Assembly: GCA_964644105.1 (NCBI GenBank)
Contig: CAZXVX010000001.1
Location: forward strand, 1,909 to 65,908
From: an uncultured Terracidiphilus sp.
Lineage (GTDB): Bacteria > Acidobacteriota > Terriglobia > Terriglobales > Acidobacteriaceae
DNA length: 64,000 bases
Direction: 5' to 3'
Shown here: piece by piece, positions 1 to 9,510 of the stretch
Position numbering within the stretch: position 1 is the first letter of the stretch
Layout: the number at the start of each line of letters is the position of its first letter
Translations under genes and position numbers: made by a program
The notes under the pieces: model-generated
Told to the model about the DNA's origin: nothing
Databases searched by the model: none
What the model saw: only the letters and a program-made list of their open reading frames with translations

Positions 1-527
1 GATGTCACCGGATCATTCCAAGCATCGCATACCTGTTTTCCGGTTCCGCTGAAGTCGTCGAGAAGAACTACGACATCATCTGGACCTAGTCTGTGTGGGT
101 TATCCTCCGATAACATTGGCAACCGAAAAAGGTCGCTCAGTGAAACGAAAACCTCATTAAAGTTCTTCCCGTCAAGACCGTTCGCAAGCCGGAATTGATA
201 GAGCATTGCGTCCCCGCTCTCCCCAGCGCTACGAGACATAGCCGCGAATCTCCATTTGCCCTTTCGCGTCGTGGGATCTTTGTGCCAGCCGTGCTGGACA
301 AGCGAATCAAGAGACTCACGATAGGCCTTGAGAATTTGGCTCTGTCCATAGAAATCAACCGAATCCAGAACACGCGCAGCAAGATCCCGATCCCGGCTAG
401 CAAATTGCTTTAACCAACTGTCAATTGTAACGTTAATGATTCCTTCTCGGTAAGAGCCAAAACGATCGATCCATCGTTTATACCTTTTGGCATCTATTGG
501 TGTACCGGGAGCAGAGGGACGCTTCAT
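1..527 (-). CDS. Phosphoribosyltransferase-like protein, partial (3' end runs off the window; not in the ORF track)
   Basis: Manual translation from ATG at 527, overlapping the ParB stop as ATGA: MKRPSAPGTPIDAKRYKRWIDRF...WLKQF...SAGESGDAMLYQFRLANG...DDVVVLLDDFSGTGKQVCDAW. Open for 175 codons to the edge. VVLLDDFSGTG matches the type I PRTase PRPP-binding loop. Confidence 0.8.
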   Translation of the reverse strand, partial: MKRPSAPGTPIDAKRYKRWIDRFGSYREGIINVTIDSWLKQFASRDRDLAARVLDSVDFYGQSQILKAYRESLDSLVQHGWHKDPTTRKGKWRFAAMSRSAGESGDAMLYQFRLANGLDGKNFNEVFVSLSDLFRLPMLSEDNPHRLGPDDVVVLLDDFSGTGKQVCDAWNDPVT

Positions 528-1495
528 TTGCTTTCCCTCCGACCCATAGCTCTCAGCTTCTCGCGAATAAGATGGGCCAAGGACTCAAGACTCTTCCACA
601 TTTCTTCCTCGCCGTAATACTGATCAATATCAATGTCGCTTATTTGCGCATACAAGCTTTCCACTGATTTCAATAGCTTTCGCGCCTCTGCCTCGACTTT
701 CGCAGATTCAATATTGAGATGATCCGGCGTCAATGTTGGACTTTCGGCAAACTCCTGGAGGCGTTTCGAAATTGTTGAAATCTTTTTCGCTTTCACAGCG
801 TTGTTGATATATTGCTTAACAATTCGGAAATCAGTTACGGATTTAATTCCTTTTTGCTCAACCTTTCGAAGCATATCATCCGTAAATTTATCCTTCTTAA
901 ACCATGGTAGTTTCACTACTTCTCGGTCGTTTCTGACTGGGTACAGCTCTATAAAGAAGTCGGCCTTCACTCGTTTATCAGGGTCTGCGTCTAACATCGT
1001 ATCTTGATAGCGTTTGTTATAAGAAAGGAGCTTCTTGCACCGGACAACTACAGCCTCATCGAGACCTGTCAGTTCTGCAAGACGCCTTTCTTTTTTCTCA
1101 CCTAATTCACGCATCAGAAGCTCGAGTTTAAGGGCTGTTGGCATCAGCTCCCAGTCTTTTCTCAACTTGTGGATCTGGAACATGGTCACAATATTTTGGA
1201 CGAGTGTTGGCTCAGCGACCTGATTGACGGGGATCTCTTTAAGTCCGACTTCTTGAGCGCATATCCATCGACGTTGACCGTCCAGAATGACATAATTCCC
1301 CGAAATCTTCTCTTGGTAAACTGTCAATGGTACAAGAATTCCGACTCGTTCGATTGATTCACGAAGTACCTTTAGATCCTCGCGATCGAAGAGCATTCTC
1401 GGATTATGCGGATTCGCCTTCAGCTTACCTGTAGGCAAACTCAGGACGCCAATTGCTCTGACACCGTAATCGTCTGGCATTGTTACGCCTTTCAA
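524..1495 (-). CDS. ParB/RepB/Spo0J (ParB/Srx fold) family protein
   Basis: NPHNPR, SIERVGILVPLTV and DGQRRW (ParB N-domain arginine patch), then an HTH-like LAELTGLDEAVV. Start may be ATG at 1480. Confidence 0.88.
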   Translation of the reverse strand: MKGVTMPDDYGVRAIGVLSLPTGKLKANPHNPRMLFDREDLKVLRESIERVGILVPLTVYQEKISGNYVILDGQRRWICAQEVGLKEIPVNQVAEPTLVQNIVTMFQIHKLRKDWELMPTALKLELLMRELGEKKERRLAELTGLDEAVVVRCKKLLSYNKRYQDTMLDADPDKRVKADFFIELYPVRNDREVVKLPWFKKDKFTDDMLRKVEQKGIKSVTDFRIVKQYINNAVKAKKISTISKRLQEFAESPTLTPDHLNIESAKVEAEARKLLKSVESLYAQISDIDIDQYYGEEEMWKSLESLAHLIREKLRAMGRRESK

Positions 1496-2322
1496 ATATT
1501 CGAAATCAACAACTCATTTGCCATAGCCCGATGCGTTGCGAAACCCGCTACATTGCGCCTGACAGCAACTGTTTCGTACGAAAATCCTTTTTTAAGAATA
1601 TCCGCTTCATCAGACTCCGCGTAGCTCACAACGAAGTCTACTCCAGCCATATTCAATCGTTCCATCCAGTTGCGAAGTCGCACGATGTCTTTGTGTGTAA
1701 AGGCGCTGGGGTCGTATTCCCGAAAAACTCTACATGCCCGAACGGCATATGGAGGGTCCATGTAAACCAGATCACCTTTCTCTGCTTGATTCAGGACTTT
1801 TTCAAAATCACCAACAACGAACCTTGCTCCACGCAAACGACGCGAACAAAGTTGGAAAACTTCATTTTGCGGCACATCTCCACATCCATCTCCACTGTAT
1901 GGTACGTTGAATTGACCTTTGAGATTTGTCCGGTAAATCCCGTTAAAACAAAATCTATTGAGATAAATAAAACGGGCTGCACGTACATGCGGCTCAAGAT
2001 CAGACGTGTTCAGCGACCTCAGTCTTAGATATTCCTCCTTATTCCATGGCGGTAACGTAGCCAGTTCTTTCAGAACGGCAGATATACGATACTTAACCTC
2101 GATATAGGTTGATATCAGCTCCGGATTCAAATCACCGAGAATCGCCTTAGGCGGTTTTAAGGCAAAGAAAAGACATGCCGATCCTGCGAACGGTTCAACG
2201 TAGCGCTTATGATCTTTTGTCCAAAAAATCTTCAATTTTGGTAAAAGCTTGCGTTTACTACCTGCCCAACGAAGAAAGGGCGGGCAAACTTGTATCGGCG
2301 CTTTGGCGGCGGCGCTCAGCAA
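1492..2322 (-). CDS. Dam family (D12 class) N6-adenine DNA methyltransferase
   Basis: PFLRWAGSK, YVEPFAGS (motif I), FNGIYRTN..GQFNVPY and YMDPPY (motif IV). GGAGG RBS precedes the TTG start. Confidence 0.93.
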   Translation of the reverse strand: MLSAAAKAPIQVCPPFLRWAGSKRKLLPKLKIFWTKDHKRYVEPFAGSACLFFALKPPKAILGDLNPELISTYIEVKYRISAVLKELATLPPWNKEEYLRLRSLNTSDLEPHVRAARFIYLNRFCFNGIYRTNLKGQFNVPYSGDGCGDVPQNEVFQLCSRRLRGARFVVGDFEKVLNQAEKGDLVYMDPPYAVRACRVFREYDPSAFTHKDIVRLRNWMERLNMAGVDFVVSYAESDEADILKKGFSYETVAVRRNVAGFATHRAMANELLISNI

Positions 2323-2437
2323 TTTATTCCTCCGAGGGTTAATTTATCATAACGTGTAACCAATGAAGAAGCTCCATTGACAAAAATACCCCATTGCGCT
2401 CGTTTGTGGAATTTTTTGTTTTCTGGGGCTTGGCGCA

Positions 2438-5400
2438 TTATTTGAAGCGCTGGGTGGCTTTGAGGACTACGGAGAAGACGCCGGATTCGTCGCGGGCTAG
2501 CTGGAGGGAGACGTGGCGGTTGATGGCGACGTCGGCCTGGATGAGCTGCTGGCTGGTGGTGTTGACGTTGGTGGCGTAGGTGAGAGTGAGGCTGCGGCCT
2601 AGCTGCTCCTCGACGATGATGCGGGAGGTGGAGTTGCCGAGGGCGCCGAGGTAGTTGGGATCGACTTTGACGCTGCCGGCGCCGAAGAGCCGCTGGACGC
2701 GGGAGCTTACGGTGGCGTTGAGCGCGCCGCCGAGCAGGGCGTCGGTGGGGTTGGTGACCGCTTGCTGCTGCTGCATATAGAGGCGCTGCTGGCTGCCGGT
2801 GCGACCGAGAGCGAGGAGCGCGACGACGTCGGCTTCGGGGAGCGGGGGATCGGAGCGGTAGGTGACGTTCATCTTTTGCGGCGTGCCGTGGAGGCCGAGG
2901 GTGATGTCGTAGTCCTCGACGCGGGCGGTGGCGTTGAGGTCGATGGAGGGCTGGATGCGGACGGGGTTGGTGAAGAAGATATCGCCACGCTGAAGGTCGT
3001 AGCGTGTGCCGGCGAGGAGGGCGCTGCCCTCGGTGATGGAGATGCGGCCGAGCAGCGAGGGCGAGGCAACGGTGCCGCGCAGATGCAGATCGACGTTACC
3101 GGCCAGCTTGGCGTAGGCGTTCTGGAAGTTCAACTGCGGCGAACTGGCGATGTGCACATCCAGGCGAATGTGGTTGGAGGGCGCGTCGAGGGGGGCGATG
3201 GTCTCGACGGCTTCGGTCTGCTGGGCGAGGGCGGCAACGTCCAGGTCGGGACTGATCGTGAAGCGGGTGATCATGACCTCGCCGAAGAGGCGAAGATTGT
3301 TCTGGACGCCTTGCAGGTGGAGTTGGGCATCCGCCAGGGAGCTGATACCTTCCGGATAGCGGATGCGAATGCCGCTGCCGGTGGCGGTGATGTCGGCGTA
3401 GAGGCCGTGCTGATAGGCCAGATAGCCGCCAAGTGTGAGCTGGCCGCCACCGCTCATGGCGGTGAGCGAACGGACCTCCAGGCGGTTCTGATTAAACTCC
3501 AAACTTCCGTTCAACTGGCTTAGGCCGTTGGGGATGTCTTCGAGGGAGAGCGCGGCGTTCTTGAAGTCGATGCGCCCTTGCAGGGCTGGATTCATCAGCG
3601 GACCGTGCGCCTCAACCTGGAAGGCGGCGTCTCCGCTGGCGGTGAGGTTACGGTCCAGCGTCTGGGCTACCTTCAGGTTAATGGCTCCGCGGGCGGCAAA
3701 GTCGAGCTGCTGCTTATCCTTGAGCGAGAGGCTTCCTTCAGCGTGCAGATCGGTCTCCGCACCGGTGATGTGGAAGGGATCGAGTCGGATGACTGAGTGG
3801 TCAAAGGAGGCATGTACTCTTCCTTCGCTTTGCAAAGGAACTCCCGCCACGGAAACCGCCAACTGCTCCAGACGCGCATCGCCGCGCAGCAGATCGGAGT
3901 GCGCCAGAGGGCCATCAAGGGTAAGCGTGCCGGCTAGCGCGGAGTTGCCACTGAAGCCCTGCACATGAGCCAGATCGAAGAGCACGCCAACGTTGAAGCG
4001 CGAAAAATCCACTACGGCGTGCGTGGTGTAGTCGCCGGTGAGCGCCGTCTGTCCGTGAGCTACCAATTGCACGGCGTCCATACGCGTGGTCAGATCGTAA
4101 GCGACGGTGCGGTTGGCGCTATGCGCCTCCACCTCAACGGCGCCCAGCGGCTCACCGCTCAACGCCAGACCGTTTATGGTTGCATGAGCCTCCATGCGTG
4201 GGTCGTCAAGCGTGCATTGGCCCTGAGCGCTAAAGCCCAGCTTGCCGGCCGCGCTCAAGCCGTTGCTGCGCAGAAGTTGAATGCGCGCAAGGTCGAACTC
4301 CGAACCGCTGGCTTGCATCTGGCAACGACCCGATGGCAGATGATAACTGCCCGTGGCCGATATCTTGCCGCCTTCTCCAACCACGGTGACTGAAGTCAAG
4401 TTGAGAGTCTGGCTGGAGAGCGTGCCTTGCGCCCGAATTCGGTCCATAGTTTCGCCGAAGAGGTTGATTTTGTCACCCGTCACCCATCCGGAGCCCGTCA
4501 GCGCATGGATCGGGCCATTCAGTTGAAGCTGAGCGCCCAGCATACCGGTGATGGGAAGCTTTTGACCGGTGAGATGGCTCAAATCATCCAGATCAACCTT
4601 ACTGGCCAGCAAGCGGAGCTCTAAGACGGAATTCGTGTCGAAGGCGGGGACGGGGGCAGCACCATGTGCTACGGGCAAGGCATTTGCATTGAGGCTACCA
4701 CTGAAGTTAACCTCCGCATTGCCTTTGCGGATGAGGCCACGAGAAAAGTCAATACGAGCGGCGGAATAACTGCCGGCGGCCTCAATGGATTCCAATTGAA
4801 TGAATTGATTCAGGTTGGAATTCTGACCTGAAGCAGAGCTGTTGATCGCCGCTAATTCCACGCCCACTTGGGTTGCTTTCATCTCGCCGGAGATACGTGG
4901 ATCGACCAGCGAGCCGGACCAGAATCCATTCACCAGATCGAGCCTGCCGTTCAATGCAACCGGCAGTGCCGCGGTTCCTGTTTTGCCGTTGCGCGCCAAT
5001 CCCAGATCGCGCAAAACGGTATCGAACTCGCCCAAGTTGCCCGTATGGAAGTCCACGGCGAAGGCCGAGGAACTGATGAGGGGATAAGCCCCCAAATGTC
5101 CACGCGCCAAAATCTGGCTGGAGGGAAGATTCAGCTCCAGTTTGCGCATGTCGACCGAGCCGTCGCGCTGCGTATAGGTTGCGTCGATCAGACCGCTGGT
5201 GGGGACCAGAGTCCCCCCCTGCGACGCAGCCTTGTCGCCAGGAACCCCAGATTTGCCAGGCGCCGCTTGCGTGGACGGCGCCAGCTTAAGCATCGCCTTT
5301 ACCGCGAGTGTGTTCTTGTCACCGTTGATCCACAGCGCGTTGGCTGGACCACTGACGAGCGCATCCAGGCCAAGGTGTTGAAAGGGAGGATCGCAAACCA

Positions 5401-6922
5401 TCTCCAGGATTGTGTCCAGCGCTACACCCTTGAATGTGCTGGTCACTGTGCCATTGACGGGAATGGTGATTGCGTCGGCCGATGGCTTGGGTTGGACGGG
5501 AGCGGTGTGCGATTTGCCGTTGCTTGCGACGGCCGGCTGGAAGGCAGCCTCGGCGGGAAGCACAGGAAGCCAGTGAACCAGCGAGAGGTCTCCATCAATC
5601 TCTCCACCCTCGCGCAAACGCGCAACGATTGAGCTGACCAGCAACGCTTCCGGATCGGCGTGCAGTCGCGCATCCAACTGAAAACCAGTGGCCACGACAC
5701 CTGTTCCAATATAGGAGCCATCTTCGACGTGCAGGCCGCCGTCGATGCGGAAGCGGCTCGCTTCGCCCGCCCCATTCAGATCCAAATGGGCGAGACCCTG
5801 GGGCGTATAAGGATAGCCGGTCATGGCGTTCACCAGACGCAGATCCAGTTCTCCGATGGCTTTGCCCTGCCAGTGGGGGTGGTCGAAGTGGTCGAGCTTG
5901 CCGGAGATCTCCAGAGTTCGATCTTTTACACCACGGCCTCGTGCGGTAATGCGCAGGGAGCGGAGTGTAGCCACTGTGCGCGACAGATCAAATGTGGCTT
6001 GCAGAGATCCCTGCACTTGCGCTTCTAAAGGATGATGGCCGGCGGCTGCGCCACGAGTCAGGCTCAAATCCCGGACTCCGGCTTCAACGCGATAGAACTC
6101 CGGATTGCCAGCCATCGCCGACGCATAAGACAGGCGAAGGGAAAGGTCGCTGGCGGCAAAGTCGAGAGGAATGTACCGGTCTTGAAAATCGAAACTCGCG
6201 GCGCGATTCTCGATGTTCAAATCGCCCTGCTCGACAGCAATGTGGTTTACCTTGAGATCAAAAAAACTGTCCAACGCGGGCTTGCTCTGCTTGCGCGGCT
6301 TGAGCGGCTGCGGCTGGTTGGTAGAGCCATCCGGGTAGACGATCAAATGAAACCGGGGCTGAACAATCTCCAGATCGCGAAGCGGGAAGTGGGGAATCCA
6401 CCAACCCAGCATGCTCCAGCGCACGCGCGCATTCTTAATCTGCAGGTAAGGCTCCTCGCCGGAGGCCTCGCGGCCATGAATAACCACACCTCCGGCCTCA
6501 GCCTCCAGGCGCCGCAGATTCCAGTGAAAGGATGCGATTTCAACCCGGCCGCCAAAGGCTGTCTCCACTTCGTGAACGATTCGCCGTCGAACAAAGTTCT
6601 CAAAACTGGGCGAACTGGCATAGATAAAGAGCCCCACAAGAGCCGCAGCGAGCAGCAAGATTCCCGCCGCAACCGCCAAGGGAAGATGGCGCAGAAAGAA
6701 GCGGCGCAGACGGCTTGGCTTCCGCGCGATGATTCGATCAGCAGCAACGGATTGGGCTTCATCGCTACCCACCCATTCCGCCGAAGGGCGCGGAATAGAT
6801 GGAGCGCCACCTGTGGCGGGGCCAACTGCTCGCTCCTCGATCGCTTGAGGTTTGCTGCCTCTCATCGAGCTGGGTTCAACCGGCTCGGCGGGAGGAGGGG
6901 TGGTCGAATCAGGCTCGCTCAT
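2438..6922 (-). CDS. tamB: Translocation/assembly module TamB domain protein
   Basis: 1494 aa, N-terminal TM anchor, long beta-rich AsmA-like body, C-terminal DUF490-like region (LRGTVASPSLLG, SDPPLPEADVVALLALG). Confidence 0.85.
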   Translation of the reverse strand: MSEPDSTTPPPAEPVEPSSMRGSKPQAIEERAVGPATGGAPSIPRPSAEWVGSDEAQSVAADRIIARKPSRLRRFFLRHLPLAVAAGILLLAAALVGLFIYASSPSFENFVRRRIVHEVETAFGGRVEIASFHWNLRRLEAEAGGVVIHGREASGEEPYLQIKNARVRWSMLGWWIPHFPLRDLEIVQPRFHLIVYPDGSTNQPQPLKPRKQSKPALDSFFDLKVNHIAVEQGDLNIENRAASFDFQDRYIPLDFAASDLSLRLSYASAMAGNPEFYRVEAGVRDLSLTRGAAAGHHPLEAQVQGSLQATFDLSRTVATLRSLRITARGRGVKDRTLEISGKLDHFDHPHWQGKAIGELDLRLVNAMTGYPYTPQGLAHLDLNGAGEASRFRIDGGLHVEDGSYIGTGVVATGFQLDARLHADPEALLVSSIVARLREGGEIDGDLSLVHWLPVLPAEAAFQPAVASNGKSHTAPVQPKPSADAITIPVNGTVTSTFKGVALDTILEMVCDPPFQHLGLDALVSGPANALWINGDKNTLAVKAMLKLAPSTQAAPGKSGVPGDKAASQGGTLVPTSGLIDATYTQRDGSVDMRKLELNLPSSQILARGHLGAYPLISSSAFAVDFHTGNLGEFDTVLRDLGLARNGKTGTAALPVALNGRLDLVNGFWSGSLVDPRISGEMKATQVGVELAAINSSASGQNSNLNQFIQLESIEAAGSYSAARIDFSRGLIRKGNAEVNFSGSLNANALPVAHGAAPVPAFDTNSVLELRLLASKVDLDDLSHLTGQKLPITGMLGAQLQLNGPIHALTGSGWVTGDKINLFGETMDRIRAQGTLSSQTLNLTSVTVVGEGGKISATGSYHLPSGRCQMQASGSEFDLARIQLLRSNGLSAAGKLGFSAQGQCTLDDPRMEAHATINGLALSGEPLGAVEVEAHSANRTVAYDLTTRMDAVQLVAHGQTALTGDYTTHAVVDFSRFNVGVLFDLAHVQGFSGNSALAGTLTLDGPLAHSDLLRGDARLEQLAVSVAGVPLQSEGRVHASFDHSVIRLDPFHITGAETDLHAEGSLSLKDKQQLDFAARGAINLKVAQTLDRNLTASGDAAFQVEAHGPLMNPALQGRIDFKNAALSLEDIPNGLSQLNGSLEFNQNRLEVRSLTAMSGGGQLTLGGYLAYQHGLYADITATGSGIRIRYPEGISSLADAQLHLQGVQNNLRLFGEVMITRFTISPDLDVAALAQQTEAVETIAPLDAPSNHIRLDVHIASSPQLNFQNAYAKLAGNVDLHLRGTVASPSLLGRISITEGSALLAGTRYDLQRGDIFFTNPVRIQPSIDLNATARVEDYDITLGLHGTPQKMNVTYRSDPPLPEADVVALLALGRTGSQQRLYMQQQQAVTNPTDALLGGALNATVSSRVQRLFGAGSVKVDPNYLGALGNSTSRIIVEEQLGRSLTLTYATNVNTTSQQLIQADVAINRHVSLQLARDESGVFSVVLKATQRFK

Positions 6923-7719
6923 TCGCCCCCTTTGCCAGTACTTGGAGCTTCCGAAGTCTCCAGCGACGGATCAATGACTTCCACATCGCCCTGCTTGCGC
7001 AGATTCTTCAGCCAATCTTCAAAGAGCGCATTCACCTGCCGCTGCAGCAGTATCTCCTGAATCCGTGGCGCCACTTCTTCGAGGATCGGAGCTGTTTCAC
7101 CCGCCGCATATTCGGGCAGCAACGTCTGCTTGTAGTAACTTTCAATTTCCTCCGGCGAGATGCGGATTCCCTGACGGAAGCGCTCTTCAATGAAGCGCAG
7201 AATTTGAATGCGGAAACGCAGATAGCTTCGAACTCGCTCTGGCTTGAGGCCGTGCGCGGCCAGAAAGGCCTTCCAACCCTCCTCCGAGGCGCAGTTCAAG
7301 TGAACGCAGGCCGGCACCTGGTTGCGAATCTGACTGAGCCGCGCATCGATCTCGGCTTGAGTCGGCTCCGTGGCCTGCGCGTCCTCTTGACGGATCTGCT
7401 GCTGAATCAGCGCGCGGCTGATCAACTGCTCCAGCGCCCGCTCGGCCGTAAGAGTGCCCATCCCAGCCTGCGCGGGGTCCAGCACCGCCAGGCGCATCTC
7501 GTCGTCCACATCGCTGGCCAGGATCGCTTGATTGTTGACGACAGCCACCACACGGTCCAGCATTACGGCTTTGCCTGGTTGCGGAGCCACGGAAGTCTGC
7601 GGCAAACTCTGCGCTCTCGCACCGAGCGATGCCAGCATCAGGCACGTCAACAGCGATAGAAGGACAGGGACGTTGCGAAAGGTCTTGGATATGAATTCGA
7701 TAAAATTGCGACCACGCAC
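6919..7719 (-). CDS. SurA N-terminal domain chaperone-like protein
   Basis: Signal peptide, LDRVVAVVNNQAILASDVD and C-terminal WLKNLRKQGDVEV are typical of SurA N/C segments. Overlaps the tamB start by 4 nt. Confidence 0.8.
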   Translation of the reverse strand: MRGRNFIEFISKTFRNVPVLLSLLTCLMLASLGARAQSLPQTSVAPQPGKAVMLDRVVAVVNNQAILASDVDDEMRLAVLDPAQAGMGTLTAERALEQLISRALIQQQIRQEDAQATEPTQAEIDARLSQIRNQVPACVHLNCASEEGWKAFLAAHGLKPERVRSYLRFRIQILRFIEERFRQGIRISPEEIESYYKQTLLPEYAAGETAPILEEVAPRIQEILLQRQVNALFEDWLKNLRKQGDVEVIDPSLETSEAPSTGKGGE

Positions 7720-7795
7720 AACGCCACCTCACCATATACAACTATAAGACGAACAGCGTGAGAAGCTGCGAACCTCTCGCAGTTTGTTCCTTAGA

Positions 7796-7922
7796 GAATC
7801 TCTGATGAAGACCCGCTTCATGCAAAACCTTCCCTCAGGGGCTAAAGCCCAGTCTTATTTTGAGCCACTTGCGGCACGATTGAAGTCGTGCCCTTTCAAT
7901 ACGCACACTTAATCAGAGGTTC
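7796..7922 (+). repeat. REP-like/MITE-like palindromic element, copy 1
   Basis: CAGGGGCTAAAGCCC (7836-7850) and GCGGCACGATTGAAGTCGTGCCCT (7871-7894) hairpins, bracketed by ~15-bp imperfect inverted ends GAATCTCTGATGAAG / CTTAATCAGAGGTTC. Confidence 0.75.
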
Positions 7923-7923
7923 G

Positions 7924-8487
7924 TCAGAATTTCACTGCGGGAGCGGTGCGCGCCGCTTCACTGGCCTCGAAGAAGGCATTGTTCACTGGGAAGCGGCTGC
8001 CCGCCCAGAGGCTGTTGGGGAACTGCTGCACATAGGTGTTGTACTCGCGCAACGCTTCGTTATAACGCTTGCGCGCCACGCTGATGCGGTTCTCGGTTCC
8101 GGCCAGCTCATCCTGCAGACGCATGAACTGCTCGCTCGAGCGCAGTTGCGGATAATTCTCGGTGAGCAGCAGCAGACGGCCAATCGCCGAATCGAGCTTG
8201 CCGTTGGCCTCGATCTTGCCTGCCGGGCCTTGCGCGTTCAACATTCCCGCGCGGGCGTTGGCAATGTCGCCGAAGACCGTGCTCTCTTCCTTGGTAAAGC
8301 CCTTCACCGTCTCCACCAGGTTGGGAATCAAATCCAGCCGCCGCTGCAACTGCACGTCCACGTCTGACCACGCGGTCTTTACATCCTGATCCTTGGCGAC
8401 CATTGTGTTCCGCGCGCTTACGGCCATCAGCAGAACTATAACCGCGACGCCCGCCACTCCCAGCCAAATCCAAAGCCTCTTGCTCAT
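7924..8487 (-). CDS. lemA: LemA family protein
   Basis: N-terminal TM, QLQRRLDLIPNLVETVKG, ENYPQLRS and ELAGTENRISVARKRYN. Confidence 0.95.
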   Translation of the reverse strand: MSKRLWIWLGVAGVAVIVLLMAVSARNTMVAKDQDVKTAWSDVDVQLQRRLDLIPNLVETVKGFTKEESTVFGDIANARAGMLNAQGPAGKIEANGKLDSAIGRLLLLTENYPQLRSSEQFMRLQDELAGTENRISVARKRYNEALREYNTYVQQFPNSLWAGSRFPVNNAFFEASEAARTAPAVKF

Positions 8488-8559
8488 ATTGTGTTTTCTC
8501 CTCCGGCTCGCCTTCAGGCAAGCCTTTGTTCAGATTTTGATTTGCATCGGGCATTCTTG

Positions 8560-8671
8560 CAGGGGCTAAAGCCCGACGTTTTTTGTGGCGCTTGCGGCAC
8601 GACTAAAGTCGTGCCCTGACGCTTCTGGACTTTTTGTTCAGTTTTTCCGCAACTTCTAAAACGTGCCCTGA
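8560..8671 (+). repeat. REP-like palindromic element, copy 2
   Basis: CAGGGGCTAAAGCCC (8560-8574), GCGGCACGACTAAAGTCGTGCCCTGA (8594-8619) and a partial CTAAAACGTGCCCTGA (8656-8671). Confidence 0.75.
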
Positions 8672-8697
8672 GACAAATTGAATGCTTGGAAAAACTC

Positions 8698-9510
8698 CTA
8701 CCAGCTTCCATCCGAACCGCCGCCGCTGAAACCTCCGCCACCGAAGCCACCAAAACCACCACCGCCGGAATCGCCTCCTCCACCGCCAAAGCCGCCTCCG
8801 CCGCCGAAACCGCCGCCACCAAAACCTCCGCCGCCAATCCACGGTCCGCCGCGAAATCCGCCAAAGAGCCCGAATGCTAGAAGACCGCGAAAGCCGAAGA
8901 AGAGCAGAATGATAATGACGACAATCAGCTTTCCGACATTGAAGTGCGGCCTTGCCGGTTGACGAGCCAAGACCGGCTCATCGTCCAGCGTGATTTTAGC
9001 GTCGGCTGCGATCACTTGAGCAATCTCACCTACGCCAAGAGTTACAGCACTGTCAAAATCATTGGCTTTTAGATACGGAACCATCTCCCGACCGATATCG
9101 CCAGTCTTGCCGTCGGGCAGAATGCCCTCCAAACCATCACCTATTTTGATGGATCTGCGGTGGTCATCGATCGCAAAAAGGAGCAACACGCCCCGATCCG
9201 AACCCTTGCGGCCCATCTTCCACTTGTCGACCAATGCGTTGGCAAAGTCTACAGAATCGATACCGTCCAGCGTATGAACGGTCACCACTGCAATCTGCGC
9301 ATTGGCCGCGGAGTGGTCGAGCTGGACGCAGAGGCGGTCCAGCCGGGCAATCGCCTCGGGCGAGAGCACGTGGGCAAAATCGCTGACGTAATCGGTGGGC
9401 TGGGGCAGATCCTCGACCCGCTCAGCCCTCAGGGCGCGGGGAAAGAAAACAAGAGCTGCCAACAGCAGCCCGTTTACGGCGAAATGTGCGCGGCGAAAGC
9501 CTGTCATCAC
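8698..9510 (-). CDS. TPM domain (YgcG family) protein with Gly-rich C-terminus
   Basis: YVSDFAHVLS, AQIAVVTV, DRGVLLL, GLEGILPD, a TM segment and GGGFSGGGSDGSW tail. Usual partner of lemA. Confidence 0.92.
   Translation of the reverse strand: MMTGFRRAHFAVNGLLLAALVFFPRALRAERVEDLPQPTDYVSDFAHVLSPEAIARLDRLCVQLDHSAANAQIAVVTVHTLDGIDSVDFANALVDKWKMGRKGSDRGVLLLFAIDDHRRSIKIGDGLEGILPDGKTGDIGREMVPYLKANDFDSAVTLGVGEIAQVIAADAKITLDDEPVLARQPARPHFNVGKLIVVIIILLFFGFRGLLAFGLFGGFRGGPWIGGGGFGGGGFGGGGGFGGGGGDSGGGGFGGFGGGGFSGGGSDGSW

Noticed and set aside
3-413. Short ORFs at the left edge (plus-strand 3-89 and 195-413, minus-strand 137-403)
   Set aside because: They overlap the longer motif-bearing PRTase-like frame that is coupled to the ParB stop.
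524-1495. ParB as the chromosomal partition protein
   Set aside because: No adjacent parA, gidAB or origin genes and no parS palindrome noticed. It sits in a low-GC operon with a methylase.
2762-7659. Long antisense ORFs over tamB/surA, and similar ones over mqnC, the porins, GH44, the S41 protease and che genes
   Set aside because: They are shadow frames expected in GC-rich coding DNA and have no recognisable motifs.
8700-8870. CCG/CCA-rich low-complexity repeat
   Set aside because: It simply encodes the ordinary Gly-rich tail of TPM-domain proteins.
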